Part shown: positions 46,104 through 56,332 of the stretch, piece by piece
Layout: the number at the start of each line of letters is the position of its first letter
Numbering within the stretch: position 1 is the stretch's first letter
Assembly: GCA_028284905.1 (NCBI GenBank)
Contig: JANQQU010000026.1
Span: 57,252 to 121,251, forward strand
Length of the DNA: 64,000 nucleotides
Direction of reading: 5' to 3'
DNA from: Calditrichia bacterium
GTDB lineage: Bacteria; Calditrichota; Calditrichia; RBG-13-44-9; J075
The notes under the pieces: model-generated
Told to the model about the DNA's origin: nothing
Database searches by the model: none
The model's input: the letters and a program-made list of their open reading frames with translations, nothing else
Position numbers and translations under genes: made by a program

Positions 46104-46784
46104 TTAGCGAATCGAAATTATTGAATTATGCTGTTTAAGTGGGCCCACCGGAAAATTTCTGAAAAAGTAAATAACAGCAATAAATAATGCGTTATGAATA
46201 ATATTGATGATAGAATGAAATTGCCAGAAACTGGAGATTTCGAAACCAACCAGTGGAATCGCAAAAATAACGCCACCTGTGGCAAAATAAATGAGTATGG
46301 AAGCTGCAAAATAGAATCTGTAGTCTTTGTGGGGAATAACATCTAAGTCAATAAAAATAGTATAGAAAAGCCGCATTGCCAGAAAACAAATCAGTAATGA
46401 ACTAACAGGGCGGATAAAACCATTGACATCCTCCGGCAAAAATCCTGAATTCAATAGTGTTACAGCCACTAGAATATAGATAGTAGCATAAGAAAATATG
46501 ACCCATTTGTAATTTTTAAGTACTTTTATATTTGGCTCCCAGCTTTTAAGAATATTTGCAATTAGCAGGAATTCACAAAAGGTAAAAACGAGTAAAAACC
46601 AATGATTGTTAATGCGATTGATAGCTGTTATGAAACCGACAATATCAGAGCACGCTGCAAGTATCCAGAACACTAACATTTGTTTCTTACCCGAGCCATT
46701 TCCACGTAAATAAAAAAAACTAATTATTACAGGAAGGAGGGTCGAAATTCCGGAGATGTGCGGTAGAAATGGTATGTAGCCCAT
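46104..46784 (-). CDS. polytopic membrane protein, unknown function (AT-rich gene)
   Basis: About 7 TM helices. Local GC about 36% against about 50% in the surroundings. Confidence 0.5.
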   Translation of the reverse strand: MGYIPFLPHISGISTLLPVIISFFYLRGNGSGKKQMLVFWILAACSDIVGFITAINRINNHWFLLVFTFCEFLLIANILKSWEPNIKVLKNYKWVIFSYATIYILVAVTLLNSGFLPEDVNGFIRPVSSLLICFLAMRLFYTIFIDLDVIPHKDYRFYFAASILIYFATGGVIFAIPLVGFEISSFWQFHSIINIIHNALFIAVIYFFRNFPVGPLKQHNSIISIR

Positions 46785-46916
46785 AGTGTCATCATTTTGT
46801 TTTGTTCGGCCACAGTTTAGAGTTTGGGGAGCATATATACAAGGGGTTTTAGTACAAACCCAAAGCGGTATTACCGGAGTAATACCGCTGGGTTGAAGAA
46901 GATGGGTAAATAGTCT

Positions 46917-47600
46917 TTATACGATGTCGGATGCTACCTCAGTAACATTTGCCTGTGTACTTTGCAAAAAGAGTCTGTCATTATTGAGCGGGTTTTTCTC
47001 CGCACAAAATGGCGGGCATGGAAAGGAATATTCGGCATATACACCTTCCAGCATATCGTTACCTTTTGCATCAATACCGAGAAGAATAATGACCCGGCGT
47101 CCGTTTTCTTCTCGTCCAAAATAATAGCGAAGTCCTTCACATTCGCGCTGGGCAAGAATTTTCCGAACGGCCATTTCTCCAAAAAATCCGCCTTTAAGGG
47201 CGCCGAGGCCGGCAGAGCGTCGGTATCGGTATGTTTTCTCCCCGGCCGCTGCCAGGGAAACAGGCTGCTGAAGGTCAGCAATAATTGCTTTCTGCCCATC
47301 CATAGGCGGATGAATCACTGCTGCCTTCAGCAAGTGATTGTCGAGAATATCATTGCGATTCTCGTCGGTGCCGCAAAGCACCAGCATTTCTTCATTCTGC
47401 GAGTTCAGCGCATAATAATACCGCATGCCGACAGCATCGGACTGATCCAGCACGGAGAGAACATCTTTTTTACTGAACAAGCCGCCAAAGATTGCATCTG
47501 GCGCTGCGGTTTTACGATAATTATCAACAAAAACATTGACTGCTGCGCGGGTAATGGAATGGTTTTCCATTCCATCAAATTTCTGGCCGGTAATACGCAT
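46917..47600 (-). CDS. hypothetical protein with internally duplicated ~90-aa domain
   Basis: Two tandem repeats (…GMRYYYALNSQNEEMLVLCGTDENRNDIL… and …GLRYYFGREENGRRVIILLGIDAKGNDML…). Confidence 0.5.
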   Translation of the reverse strand: MRITGQKFDGMENHSITRAAVNVFVDNYRKTAAPDAIFGGLFSKKDVLSVLDQSDAVGMRYYYALNSQNEEMLVLCGTDENRNDILDNHLLKAAVIHPPMDGQKAIIADLQQPVSLAAAGEKTYRYRRSAGLGALKGGFFGEMAVRKILAQRECEGLRYYFGREENGRRVIILLGIDAKGNDMLEGVYAEYSFPCPPFCAEKNPLNNDRLFLQSTQANVTEVASDIV

Positions 47601-47866
47601 GGCTATACCTCATAGTTAGAGTTGTTAATGGATTTTTTAAGGCAACTCTTTTTGCCGGCAATGCGTTACCTGCCATACGCTATCTCAAAGGCAGTGCCAA
47701 GTGTTTTTAGGAATCTATTCTTTGGTAGGGTAATACGTTGAAAATATAGAAGTTGTGTAAAAATTTGTTTTGTGTCGTTTGAAAAAATAGAATTGAATTA
47801 TTTGCATATTGCAAACGGTCTAAAAATTACTGATGGCAAATCCCAATTATGAAATATGGAGGCATT

Positions 47867-48844
47867 ATGAATATCCCCGCATGTCAGCTGGCAATAATTC
47901 AGCACTCTCCGGTGTTTCTCAATCTGCCGGCCAGTATTGAGAAAGCTGTATCGTTGATTGATACTGCTGCTAAAGATGGCGCCAATATTATCGTCTTTCC
48001 GGAAACCTGGCTACCGGGCTATCCCGTTTGGCTGGATTTCTCCCCTGGCGCGGCTTTGTGGAATCATCCTCCGGCAAAAACGCTCTATCGCCTGCTTGCT
48101 GAAAATTCTCCGGAAATACCCGGGCCGGAAATCGCCCAACTACAGGAAGCTGCCCAAAAAACGAAGACATATTTGGTGATGGGATTACATGAACGCTGGC
48201 GGGGAACACTTTATAATACCATGCTCTATATATCTCCGGATGGCAGTTATGAAAGTCACCGAAAATTGATGCCAACTTATACGGAGCGCCTGGTTTGGGG
48301 GAGAGGAGATGGCAGTACTTTAGCTGTGCTGGATACGCCGTTCGGAAAGCTGGGCGGGCTAATCTGCTGGGAACACTGGATGCCCCTGGCACGTGCGGCG
48401 ATGCATGCGAAACAGGAAGCGATTCATATCGCGCAATGGCCAATGGTTAAATCCGGCAATCTGCTCGCCAGCCGCCATTATGCTTTTGAGGGGCAATGCT
48501 TTGTTGCCGCTGCCGGGTGTGTGCTCAGTAAACAGGAAATTTTAGAAGGCGCGGCTTCCGTTGCCGGAAAAAAAAGTCCCGCGCTGGATTTGCTGAAAGA
48601 GATGCCGGTAAAAAATGAGGAGCAGCTATTAAAAGGAGGCAGTGCAATTATTGCCCCCAGTATGAAATGCATTGCCGGGCCAACGATGGAAACCGCGGAG
48701 ATAATTCAGGCAACATTAAATCCTGAACTGCTTTTGGAAGGGCGTTTGTTTATGGATGCCGATGGCCATTATGCCCGCCCGGATGTTTTTCAATTAACTG
48801 TTAATGAACAGGCGCAGGATAATGTCCGTTTTGAAGGAAAATAG
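47867..48844 (+). CDS. nitrilase-family carbon-nitrogen hydrolase
   Basis: GGAGG RBS before ATG 47867. Glu-Lys-Cys triad context (FPETWLPGYP, …KLMP…, LICWEHWMP). Confidence 0.85.
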   Translation: MNIPACQLAIIQHSPVFLNLPASIEKAVSLIDTAAKDGANIIVFPETWLPGYPVWLDFSPGAALWNHPPAKTLYRLLAENSPEIPGPEIAQLQEAAQKTKTYLVMGLHERWRGTLYNTMLYISPDGSYESHRKLMPTYTERLVWGRGDGSTLAVLDTPFGKLGGLICWEHWMPLARAAMHAKQEAIHIAQWPMVKSGNLLASRHYAFEGQCFVAAAGCVLSKQEILEGAASVAGKKSPALDLLKEMPVKNEEQLLKGGSAIIAPSMKCIAGPTMETAEIIQATLNPELLLEGRLFMDADGHYARPDVFQLTVNEQAQDNVRFEGK

Positions 48845-49065
48845 CGATTTGCAAATAAATGTAAGGTTTTCGGCGAGAAACCGGCAAGAATTCCCCCTTA
48901 CCAACAAATTTATGATTCGGGAACCTTCTTTGGTTTCTACGTAATAAAAAAGGTTGATAGCGGCAAATTGGGCTGAATTGATTTATGGAATTCGATTTGA
49001 AATAGGGCACCGATTGTTTATCTTCCCGACTTTGTAACTATTTTGCCGCAAAGTTCAGGAGAATT

Positions 49066-51555
49066 ATGTCTTCCTTCAAAAATATTATTTTCGCACTATT
49101 ACTTGGCTGTTTGTTTGTCACGATTGTAAACGGTCAGCCCACCCGCCGCACTAATGCCGGCGAAATTCAACATGCTCTGAAAAAACTAACCGTTCTTGGC
49201 AGCGCGCTTTATGTTGCTGCCCATCCCGATGACGAGAATACCACAGTTCTGGCCTGGCTTTCCAACGGGCGAATGATGGAAACCGCCTATCTCTCCCTCA
49301 CGCGGGGCGACGGTGGGCAAAACCTGATCGGTAATGAGAAAGGTGATTTACTGGGCGTTATTCGCACCCAGGAGCTGCTCGCTGCCCGGCGCATTGATGG
49401 TCCCCGCCAGTTTTTTACCCGGGCGGTAGATTTTGGCTATTCCAAATCCTCGGAGGAAGCGCTTTCCATCTGGGGGAAAGAAACCATTCTCTCCGATGTG
49501 GTTTGGACGATTCGCAAATTTCGCCCGGATGTGATCATTACCCGTTTCACCCCGGAGTTGGGCGGCCACGGTCATCATCTTGCTTCGGCGATTCTCGCGG
49601 AAGAGGCCTTTCACGCCGCGGCCGATCCGAAGGCTTTCCCGGCGCAACTGAAACACGTTGATCTCTGGCAGCCAAAGCGTTTGTTATGGGACGATTGGCG
49701 CCGCGATGAAGACATCAGCCCGGAAGAAGCCGAGCTCCGGATTTCGCACAATGTTGGGGAATTTAATCCATTGCTGGGAAAATCTTACAGCGAGTTGGCA
49801 GCGCTGAGTCGTAGCCAGCATAAATGCCAGGGATTTGGTGCAACCGCATATCGCGGAGCGCGCCTGGAACGTTTTTACCATACTGCTGGAACACCCGCCA
49901 GCGAAGATCTGTTCGATGGCGTTAATACCAGTTGGCAGCGCGTCCCCGGTGGGGAAAAGGTGGGTTCGGCAATCGAGGCGGCTTACAAAAATTTCGATCC
50001 GGCAAATCCTGCCGCCAGTATTCCAGCCTTAGTCGCCATCGACAAGTTGATGGACGATTTATCCGGTAATCACTGGGTGAAGATCAAACAGCAGGCTTTG
50101 CGAAAAATTATCCGGGATTGCCTCGGTATCTGGGTAGAAGCGATCGCCGAAGAATACAGCACAACCCCGGGAGAAGCGCTAAAAGTGACGGCAATGGCGA
50201 TCAATCCCTCCCGCTATCCGGCCGTTTTGAAAAAGGTGCATATGCCAGCTGTCGCAACGGATACCATGCTGACGGAATCGCTGACGGACGGCAGGCGGAA
50301 AGTTATCCCCTTTCTGGTGAAAATCCCCGAAAATATGATTTATTCCCATCCCTACTGGCTACGCCTAACCCGCGAGGGCAGCGCTTTTAATATTGCTGAT
50401 CAGGAACAAATTGGCGCCCCGGAAAACGAACCGGAACTGTATGCTGTTTTCGAATGGGAAATAGATGGCCGTCCTTACAATTTTGAAACCCCGGTGCTTT
50501 ATCGCTGGCGGGATCCGGTGGCCGGCGAACGCTATCGACCGCTGGAAATACTGCCTCCGGTCATGGTCAATTTTGAATCTCCCCTGCATTTATTTAGCGG
50601 TGAAGCCGCTCGTTCAGTCCGCCTGAAAATAATTGCTGCCAGTAACAACATCAGTGGAAAAATCTCTTTATCGTTACCGCCCGGCTGGCGATCCGACCAG
50701 ACAGATATTCCCTTCTCCTTTTCAGTGAAAGGTGAAGAAGCCACCCATGCCGTGCAAATTTCCGCACCATCCGCGGCAAGCTCAGAGCTATTGAAAGCGA
50801 CGGTCGATATCAATGAGAATCAGTCCGTGGCCCGCAGCATTACGCGTATTTCTTACGATCATATTCCGGTTCAAACTTTATTACCGGAAGCATCGACTCG
50901 GTTAATAAAACTCGATCTAAAAAAAGAAGGTAATTTGATCGGTTATGTGATGGGCTCCGGAGACGATTTGCCGGAGATGCTTCGCCAGATCGGATATGAC
51001 GTCGATTTACTTTCCGATGATGCCCTGGAAACAGAGAATCTTTCCGGCTATGATGCAATTATTACCGGTATTCGTGCCTACAATACCCGCCAGCGCCTGA
51101 AGCTGGCCCAGAAGCGCTTGATGGAATATGTCTACAATGGCGGCACATTGATCATCCAATATAACACTGCCCATCGCCTGGTGACGGAGGCGCTCGGGCC
51201 TTACCCCCTGCGCTTATCGCGGGACCGGGTAACGCTGGAATCTGCGCCGGTGAATTTCATCAATCCGGAACATCCGTTAATGACCGGCCCGAATCGTATT
51301 GAAGCAAAAGATATGGACGATTGGGTGCAGGAAAGAGGATTGTATTTTCCCAATCAGTGGGACGAAAAATACCAGCCATTGTTTGCCATGAACGATCCCG
51401 GAGAAAGCGAGAAAACCGGTAGCCTGCTATATGCGGAATATGGGAAAGGCGTCTACATTTATTCCGGAATCTCCTGGTTCCGCCAGCTGCCGGCCGGTGT
51501 ACAGGGCGCTTATCGCTTGTTTGTAAATATGATTTCCGCTGGTAAAGAAAATTAA
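49066..51555 (+). CDS. secreted PIG-L/LmbE-family deacetylase fused to large C-terminal domain
   Basis: Signal peptide. AAHPDDENT and HGHH motifs of LmbE-like deacetylases in the N-terminal about 250 aa. Confidence 0.65.
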   Translation: MSSFKNIIFALLLGCLFVTIVNGQPTRRTNAGEIQHALKKLTVLGSALYVAAHPDDENTTVLAWLSNGRMMETAYLSLTRGDGGQNLIGNEKGDLLGVIRTQELLAARRIDGPRQFFTRAVDFGYSKSSEEALSIWGKETILSDVVWTIRKFRPDVIITRFTPELGGHGHHLASAILAEEAFHAAADPKAFPAQLKHVDLWQPKRLLWDDWRRDEDISPEEAELRISHNVGEFNPLLGKSYSELAALSRSQHKCQGFGATAYRGARLERFYHTAGTPASEDLFDGVNTSWQRVPGGEKVGSAIEAAYKNFDPANPAASIPALVAIDKLMDDLSGNHWVKIKQQALRKIIRDCLGIWVEAIAEEYSTTPGEALKVTAMAINPSRYPAVLKKVHMPAVATDTMLTESLTDGRRKVIPFLVKIPENMIYSHPYWLRLTREGSAFNIADQEQIGAPENEPELYAVFEWEIDGRPYNFETPVLYRWRDPVAGERYRPLEILPPVMVNFESPLHLFSGEAARSVRLKIIAASNNISGKISLSLPPGWRSDQTDIPFSFSVKGEEATHAVQISAPSAASSELLKATVDINENQSVARSITRISYDHIPVQTLLPEASTRLIKLDLKKEGNLIGYVMGSGDDLPEMLRQIGYDVDLLSDDALETENLSGYDAIITGIRAYNTRQRLKLAQKRLMEYVYNGGTLIIQYNTAHRLVTEALGPYPLRLSRDRVTLESAPVNFINPEHPLMTGPNRIEAKDMDDWVQERGLYFPNQWDEKYQPLFAMNDPGESEKTGSLLYAEYGKGVYIYSGISWFRQLPAGVQGAYRLFVNMISAGKEN

Positions 51556-51754
51556 TGAAAAGTAAGTGGACAAATTATTTAGTAGTAAACAGCTCAATAT
51601 AGTTTGCTGATGTTTTGCCCATTTGCATATTTGCAAATTTACAAACGGGCAAAGGGAGGCTGAATGACACCGCTTTTATCAAATTTTTTGTCCAATCACT
51701 TAACAGTCTTTATTTAATTCTACATCAGAACAATTATTTCGGAGGATTTAATTT

Positions 51755-53770
51755 ATGTTGAAACGTGTATGGATTGTAGCCCTGGCGGCTTTGACGCTGG
51801 TAGCATTCGGCGAAGAAGAATTGAAGTCGGGCATTTACAAAAGCGGTTTTGACGAATCAGTGCGTCCACAGGATGATTTTTTTCGCTATGTGAATGGTGC
51901 CTGGTTAGATAGCACCGAAATTCCCGGTGATAAGTCGAACTACGGCATCTTCACCATGCTGTTTGATGAAAGCCAGAAGAATCAGCGGAAAATCATCGAA
52001 GAAGCTGCTGCTTCCAAAGACAATGCCGTTGGTTCAGATGCTCAGAAAATTGGCGATTTCTACCAAAGTTTTATGGATACTGTAACGATCGAGAAGCTGG
52101 GCTTAACTCCACTGCAGGAAGATCTGAATAAGCTGCAGAATTTGAAAAGCCGGGAAGATCTGGTCGTCTACATGGCCCATGCCCAAAAGATTGGCATCCA
52201 AAAGCCTTTTTTCCTTTTCGTGAATCAGGATATGAAAAATTCGACAGAATATGCCGCATATCTGACGCAGTCCGGCCTTGGCCTGCCTGATAAGCGCTAC
52301 TATGAAGATCAGGGCGAAAAATTCACCGAGATTCGCGAAAAATACCTGGCTCATATGGCAGAGATGTTCTCCCTGGCAGGTATTGATGGCGGTGCTGAAA
52401 AAGCAGCAAAAATTATGGAAATGGAAACCGGGATGTCCCAGGCGCACTGGAGCCGGGTAGAAAGCCGCAACCGCGACAAAACTTACAACAAGTTCACCCT
52501 GGCGGAAATGCAGGAAAAACATCCCAATTTCGACTGGAAACTTTATATGGAAGCGGCCGGTGTGAATGAGGGTGAAGTGATTGTTCGTCAACCTTCCTTC
52601 TTCGCAGCTTTCGACAGTCTGTATGGCCACTACTCAGAAGCGGACTGGAAAAATTACCTGACCTGGAAGTTGCTGACAGCCAGCGCACCTTTGATGAGTA
52701 AAAAATACGTCGATGAAGATTTTAATTTTTATCAGAAAACACTCCGTGGTATTCAGGAGCAGCAGCCTCGCTGGAAGCGCGCGGTAAATGGCACAAACAA
52801 CGTACTTGGGGAAGTAGTTGGTCGCATTTACGTTGCGCGTCACTTCAAGCCGGAAGCGAAAGAGCGCATGAAAGTTTTAGTTGATAATCTGAAGCTGGCA
52901 TTTGCCGAACAGATCAAAGGCCTGGAGTGGATGAGTGAAGAGACCAAGAAACAGGCGTTGGAAAAGCTTTCGAAGTTCAATACGAAAATTGGTTATCCGG
53001 ATGAGTGGAAAGATTACAGTCAGTTGGAAATTAAGCGCAGCGACTTACTCCATAATTACAAGCGCTCCAATATTGTCGAATATCATCGGATGATTGATAA
53101 ACTGGGCAATCCGATTGATCGCGACGAATGGTTTATGACGCCGCAAACCGTCAATGCGTACTACAATCCGCCGATGAACGAGATCGTATTCCCGGCTGCG
53201 ATTCTTCAGCCTCCTTTCTTTAATATGGAAGCGGAAGATGCCGTCAACTATGGTGCCATCGGCGCCGTGATCGGCCACGAGCTGACCCATGGTTTTGACG
53301 ATCAGGGCCGGAAGTCTGATGGCGACGGCAACCTGCGCGACTGGTGGACCGAGCAGGATGGAGAAGAATTCAAGAAGCGTGCCCAGGTAATGATCGACCA
53401 GTATTCGAACTATACACCGATCGACACGATGCGCTTGAACGGCGAATTGACGCTAGGTGAGAATATTGCTGACCTTGGCGGCCTGACCATTGCTTACCAG
53501 GCGTACAAGCGCTCGTTGAATGGCGCTGAAGGCCCCGTGTTGGACGGATTTACCAGCGACCAGCGTTTCTTTATGGGATGGGCACAGTCCTGGCGGCGTA
53601 AATACCGCGATGATGAACTGCGCAATCGTATCCTGACCGGACCGCACTCACCAAGTAAATACCGGGTTGTGGGTGTATTAGCCAATATGCCGGAGTTCTA
53701 CAAAGCATTCAACGTAACGGAAGAAGACCCGATGTATCGCAGCGAAGATATTCGGGTAAAAATCTGGTAA
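51755..53770 (+). CDS. M13 zinc metallopeptidase (neprilysin/PepO family)
   Basis: HELTHGFD zincin motif, ENIADLGG motif, and signal peptide. Confidence 0.9.
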   Translation: MLKRVWIVALAALTLVAFGEEELKSGIYKSGFDESVRPQDDFFRYVNGAWLDSTEIPGDKSNYGIFTMLFDESQKNQRKIIEEAAASKDNAVGSDAQKIGDFYQSFMDTVTIEKLGLTPLQEDLNKLQNLKSREDLVVYMAHAQKIGIQKPFFLFVNQDMKNSTEYAAYLTQSGLGLPDKRYYEDQGEKFTEIREKYLAHMAEMFSLAGIDGGAEKAAKIMEMETGMSQAHWSRVESRNRDKTYNKFTLAEMQEKHPNFDWKLYMEAAGVNEGEVIVRQPSFFAAFDSLYGHYSEADWKNYLTWKLLTASAPLMSKKYVDEDFNFYQKTLRGIQEQQPRWKRAVNGTNNVLGEVVGRIYVARHFKPEAKERMKVLVDNLKLAFAEQIKGLEWMSEETKKQALEKLSKFNTKIGYPDEWKDYSQLEIKRSDLLHNYKRSNIVEYHRMIDKLGNPIDRDEWFMTPQTVNAYYNPPMNEIVFPAAILQPPFFNMEAEDAVNYGAIGAVIGHELTHGFDDQGRKSDGDGNLRDWWTEQDGEEFKKRAQVMIDQYSNYTPIDTMRLNGELTLGENIADLGGLTIAYQAYKRSLNGAEGPVLDGFTSDQRFFMGWAQSWRRKYRDDELRNRILTGPHSPSKYRVVGVLANMPEFYKAFNVTEEDPMYRSEDIRVKIW

Positions 53771-53911
53771 GCGTTTTTTGATTTGTTAGAATTATTTGAT
53801 AGATTCCCACCCGCTGGCGGCTGAAAGAATTGCGGCCGCCGCAAAAATCAAATTGAGCATCTATTGCCGGAATTCCCAAAGTGGAATTCCGGTCTTTTAA
53901 GAGGATAGATT

Positions 53912-54055
53912 ATGCCGGAAGAAAAAGATAATCAATCCACCCCGGAAGAGAAGCCCCCGCTGTTTCAGACCTGGAACGGTTGGTATACGCTGGTGCTGGT
54001 CAACCTGGTGGCGATGATATTGCTATTTTACCTGTTCATGGTTTATTTTCAATAG
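53912..54055 (+). CDS. small (47 aa) single-TM protein upstream of a solute:sodium symporter
   Basis: AAGAGGA RBS 6 nt before the ATG. MPEEKDNQSTPEEKPPLFQTWNGWYTLVLVNLVAMILLFYLFMVYFQ. Not in the ORF track because it is under 60 aa. Confidence 0.4.
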   Translation: MPEEKDNQSTPEEKPPLFQTWNGWYTLVLVNLVAMILLFYLFMVYFQ

Positions 54056-54056
54056 G

Positions 54057-54207
54057 AAGATAGGTGATTAGGGGATTAGGCATTTAGGCTGTTAGGTTTT
54101 ATAGATAAACACTTTCTAAAAGTAAATCGAAATTTTCCAGATCCTTTTTAACCTAAATACCTAAACCCCTAATCACCTAATTCCCTAAACCCCTAATCAC
54201 CTAAACT
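54057..54207. repeat. TTAGG-type palindromic intergenic element (large)
   Basis: Left arm taggtgattaggggattaggcatttaggctgttagg. Right arm cctaaatacctaaacccctaatcacctaattccctaaacccctaatcacctaaa. Confidence 0.65.
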
Positions 54208-54221
54208 CAAGCGAAAATACT

Positions 54222-55925
54222 ATGCATTTACTCGATTGGATCGTGCTTTCCGCCTCACTGTTATTCATTGTCCTGTATGGCGTTTGGAAAGGCCGTGGCA
54301 GTACAAATTTGACCGGCTACTTTCTGGCAAACCGCAGCCTGCGCTGGTATACCGTTCTCCTGTCTATTATGGCGACGCAGGCCAGTGCGATTACATTTCT
54401 TTCCGCACCGGGGCAAGCCTATGTGGATGGGATGCGCTTTGTGCAGTTTTATTTTGGACTGCCGATTGGGATGGTCATCTTGTCCATTACCGCGATTCCG
54501 ATCTATCATAAACTGAAGGTTCATACCGCTTACGAATACCTGGAAAGAAGATTCGATTTAAAAACCCGTACTTTGGCCAGCCTGCTGTTTTTGGCGGGGA
54601 GAGGGCTGGCAGCCGGACTAACGATCTACGCGCCGGCGATTATCTTCTCAAATTTACTCGGCTGGGATATTCATCTCACCAATATACTTGTCGGGGGATT
54701 GGTAATCATCTACACTGCCATCGGGGGAACGAAAGCGGTAAACTGGACGCATTTTTACCAGATGGTCATTATTATGTTTGGTATGGCCGCCGCGTTTGTG
54801 ATGATCATCGTCTCCTTGCCCGGCGATGTTACTTTCATCGAAGCAACGCATCTCGCCGGCAAGCTTGGCCGTCTGAATGCCATCGACTTTAATTTCGACT
54901 GGAACAGCAAATACAATGTCTGGTCCGGTATTCTTGGCGGCATGTTCCTGCAGCTTTCGTATTTTGGTACCGATCAATCCCAGGTGCAGCGCTATTTGAC
55001 CGGAAGCTCGGTGACCGAAAGCCGAATGGGATTACTGATGAACGGCATGGTAAAGATACCGATGCAGTTTTTTATCCTTTATATCGGTGCGATGGTTTTT
55101 GTTTTTTACCTGTTTGAAACACCCCCGATTTTTTTCAATAGCGCGGAAGTTAAAAATGTCCAGGAAAGCCGCTTGCATCAGGGGCAGTTCCGGATATTGG
55201 AAAGCCGCTATAAACAGGCAATCGAACAACGGAAGCTGCGGGCGCGCCAGATGGTGCTGGCAATGCGTTCGGAAGATCCGACAAATATTGCCGCTGCCCG
55301 GAAACATCTTGATGCAGCCCATCGACAGGCTGAGCGCATTCGCCAGGATGCTATCGGTGTTTTGAAGAAAAATAATCCTGACGTCAACCCGCAGGATACC
55401 AACTATATATTTCTCTCGTATGTTACCAAAACGCTCCCCATTGGCCTGGTGGGACTAATTATCGCTGCGATTGTTGCCGCGTCCATGTCATCCACTGCCG
55501 GAGAGCTAAATGCCCTTGCCTCAACGACAATTGTCGATATCTATCAACGGATGATCCGGAAGGATGGCACAGACGGACATTATGTGAATGTCTCCAAACT
55601 GGCGACTGTCGCCTGGGGGATTTACGCCATCATATTAGCGGAGTATGCCAGTCGGCTTGGCTCCCTGATCGAGGCGGTTAATGTGCTCGGTTCACTCACT
55701 TATGGGCCGATTCTCGGAATATTTATGGTTGGCTTCTTTCTGAAGAAAATTGGGTCAAATGCGACATTCTTTGGTGCTTTTCTCGCACAGCTGGTAGTTG
55801 TTTATTGCTTTTTCTACACCGATATCGCCTTTCTCTGGTACAATCCGATCGGTTGCCTTGGCGTAATGTTCTTTGCGTTTATCCTGAGTATCTTTTTTAA
55901 GTTTGAGCCGGTTAAAGAGGTTTAA
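54222..55925 (+). CDS. sodium:solute symporter family transporter with large cytoplasmic loop
   Basis: SSF TM pattern plus an approximately 100-aa helical insertion. Confidence 0.75.
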   Translation: MHLLDWIVLSASLLFIVLYGVWKGRGSTNLTGYFLANRSLRWYTVLLSIMATQASAITFLSAPGQAYVDGMRFVQFYFGLPIGMVILSITAIPIYHKLKVHTAYEYLERRFDLKTRTLASLLFLAGRGLAAGLTIYAPAIIFSNLLGWDIHLTNILVGGLVIIYTAIGGTKAVNWTHFYQMVIIMFGMAAAFVMIIVSLPGDVTFIEATHLAGKLGRLNAIDFNFDWNSKYNVWSGILGGMFLQLSYFGTDQSQVQRYLTGSSVTESRMGLLMNGMVKIPMQFFILYIGAMVFVFYLFETPPIFFNSAEVKNVQESRLHQGQFRILESRYKQAIEQRKLRARQMVLAMRSEDPTNIAAARKHLDAAHRQAERIRQDAIGVLKKNNPDVNPQDTNYIFLSYVTKTLPIGLVGLIIAAIVAASMSSTAGELNALASTTIVDIYQRMIRKDGTDGHYVNVSKLATVAWGIYAIILAEYASRLGSLIEAVNVLGSLTYGPILGIFMVGFFLKKIGSNATFFGAFLAQLVVVYCFFYTDIAFLWYNPIGCLGVMFFAFILSIFFKFEPVKEV

Positions 55926-55926
55926 T

Positions 55927-56233
55927 AGTTCAAAGTTCAGAGTTCAGAGTTAGTATATCTTGCCTGATGCAGCCGTGGTAAAGCTACGGCAGGATCAGGC
56001 ATCGATCTGTAACGCCTTTGGCGTAAATTTCTTGCGCTAACGAAAATTTTTGACCAACGAACAATTAACAACAAATACCACCAATTTGAATCTTTGCCTA
56101 ATGCAGCCGTGATGAAGCTACGGCAGGACCAGGCATCGATCTGTAACGCCTTTGGCGTAAATTTTTTGCGCTAACGAAAATTTTCGAACAACCAATAATG
56201 CAACTTTGAACTCTGAACTTTAAACTTTGAACT
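55927..56233. repeat. composite element: two tandem ~95 bp hairpin units flanked by inverted gttcaGagtt repeats
   Basis: IR-L agttcaaagttcagagttcagagtt and IR-R aactttgaactctgaactttaaactttgaact. DR1 at 55958-56052 and DR2 at 56092-56187 are about 90% identical. Each has a 16 bp stem (cctgatgcagccgtgg/ctacggcaggatcagg) followed by acgcc-ttt-ggcgt and a T-run. Confidence 0.6.
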
Positions 56234-56332
56234 ACCCCCGATATACCCTAATCCCGGTATTTATTACTCGCGAATGTCCTTCTATCTTGTAAAAAATGTG
56301 ACCTTGTTTTCTAACAATAAAGGAGATTTTTT

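Noticed and set aside
33443-54207. TTAGGG-like repeats as telomeric or linear-replicon ends
   Set aside because: Short internal palindromes flanked by ordinary genes on both sides. They behave like terminator hairpins and are not terminal arrays.
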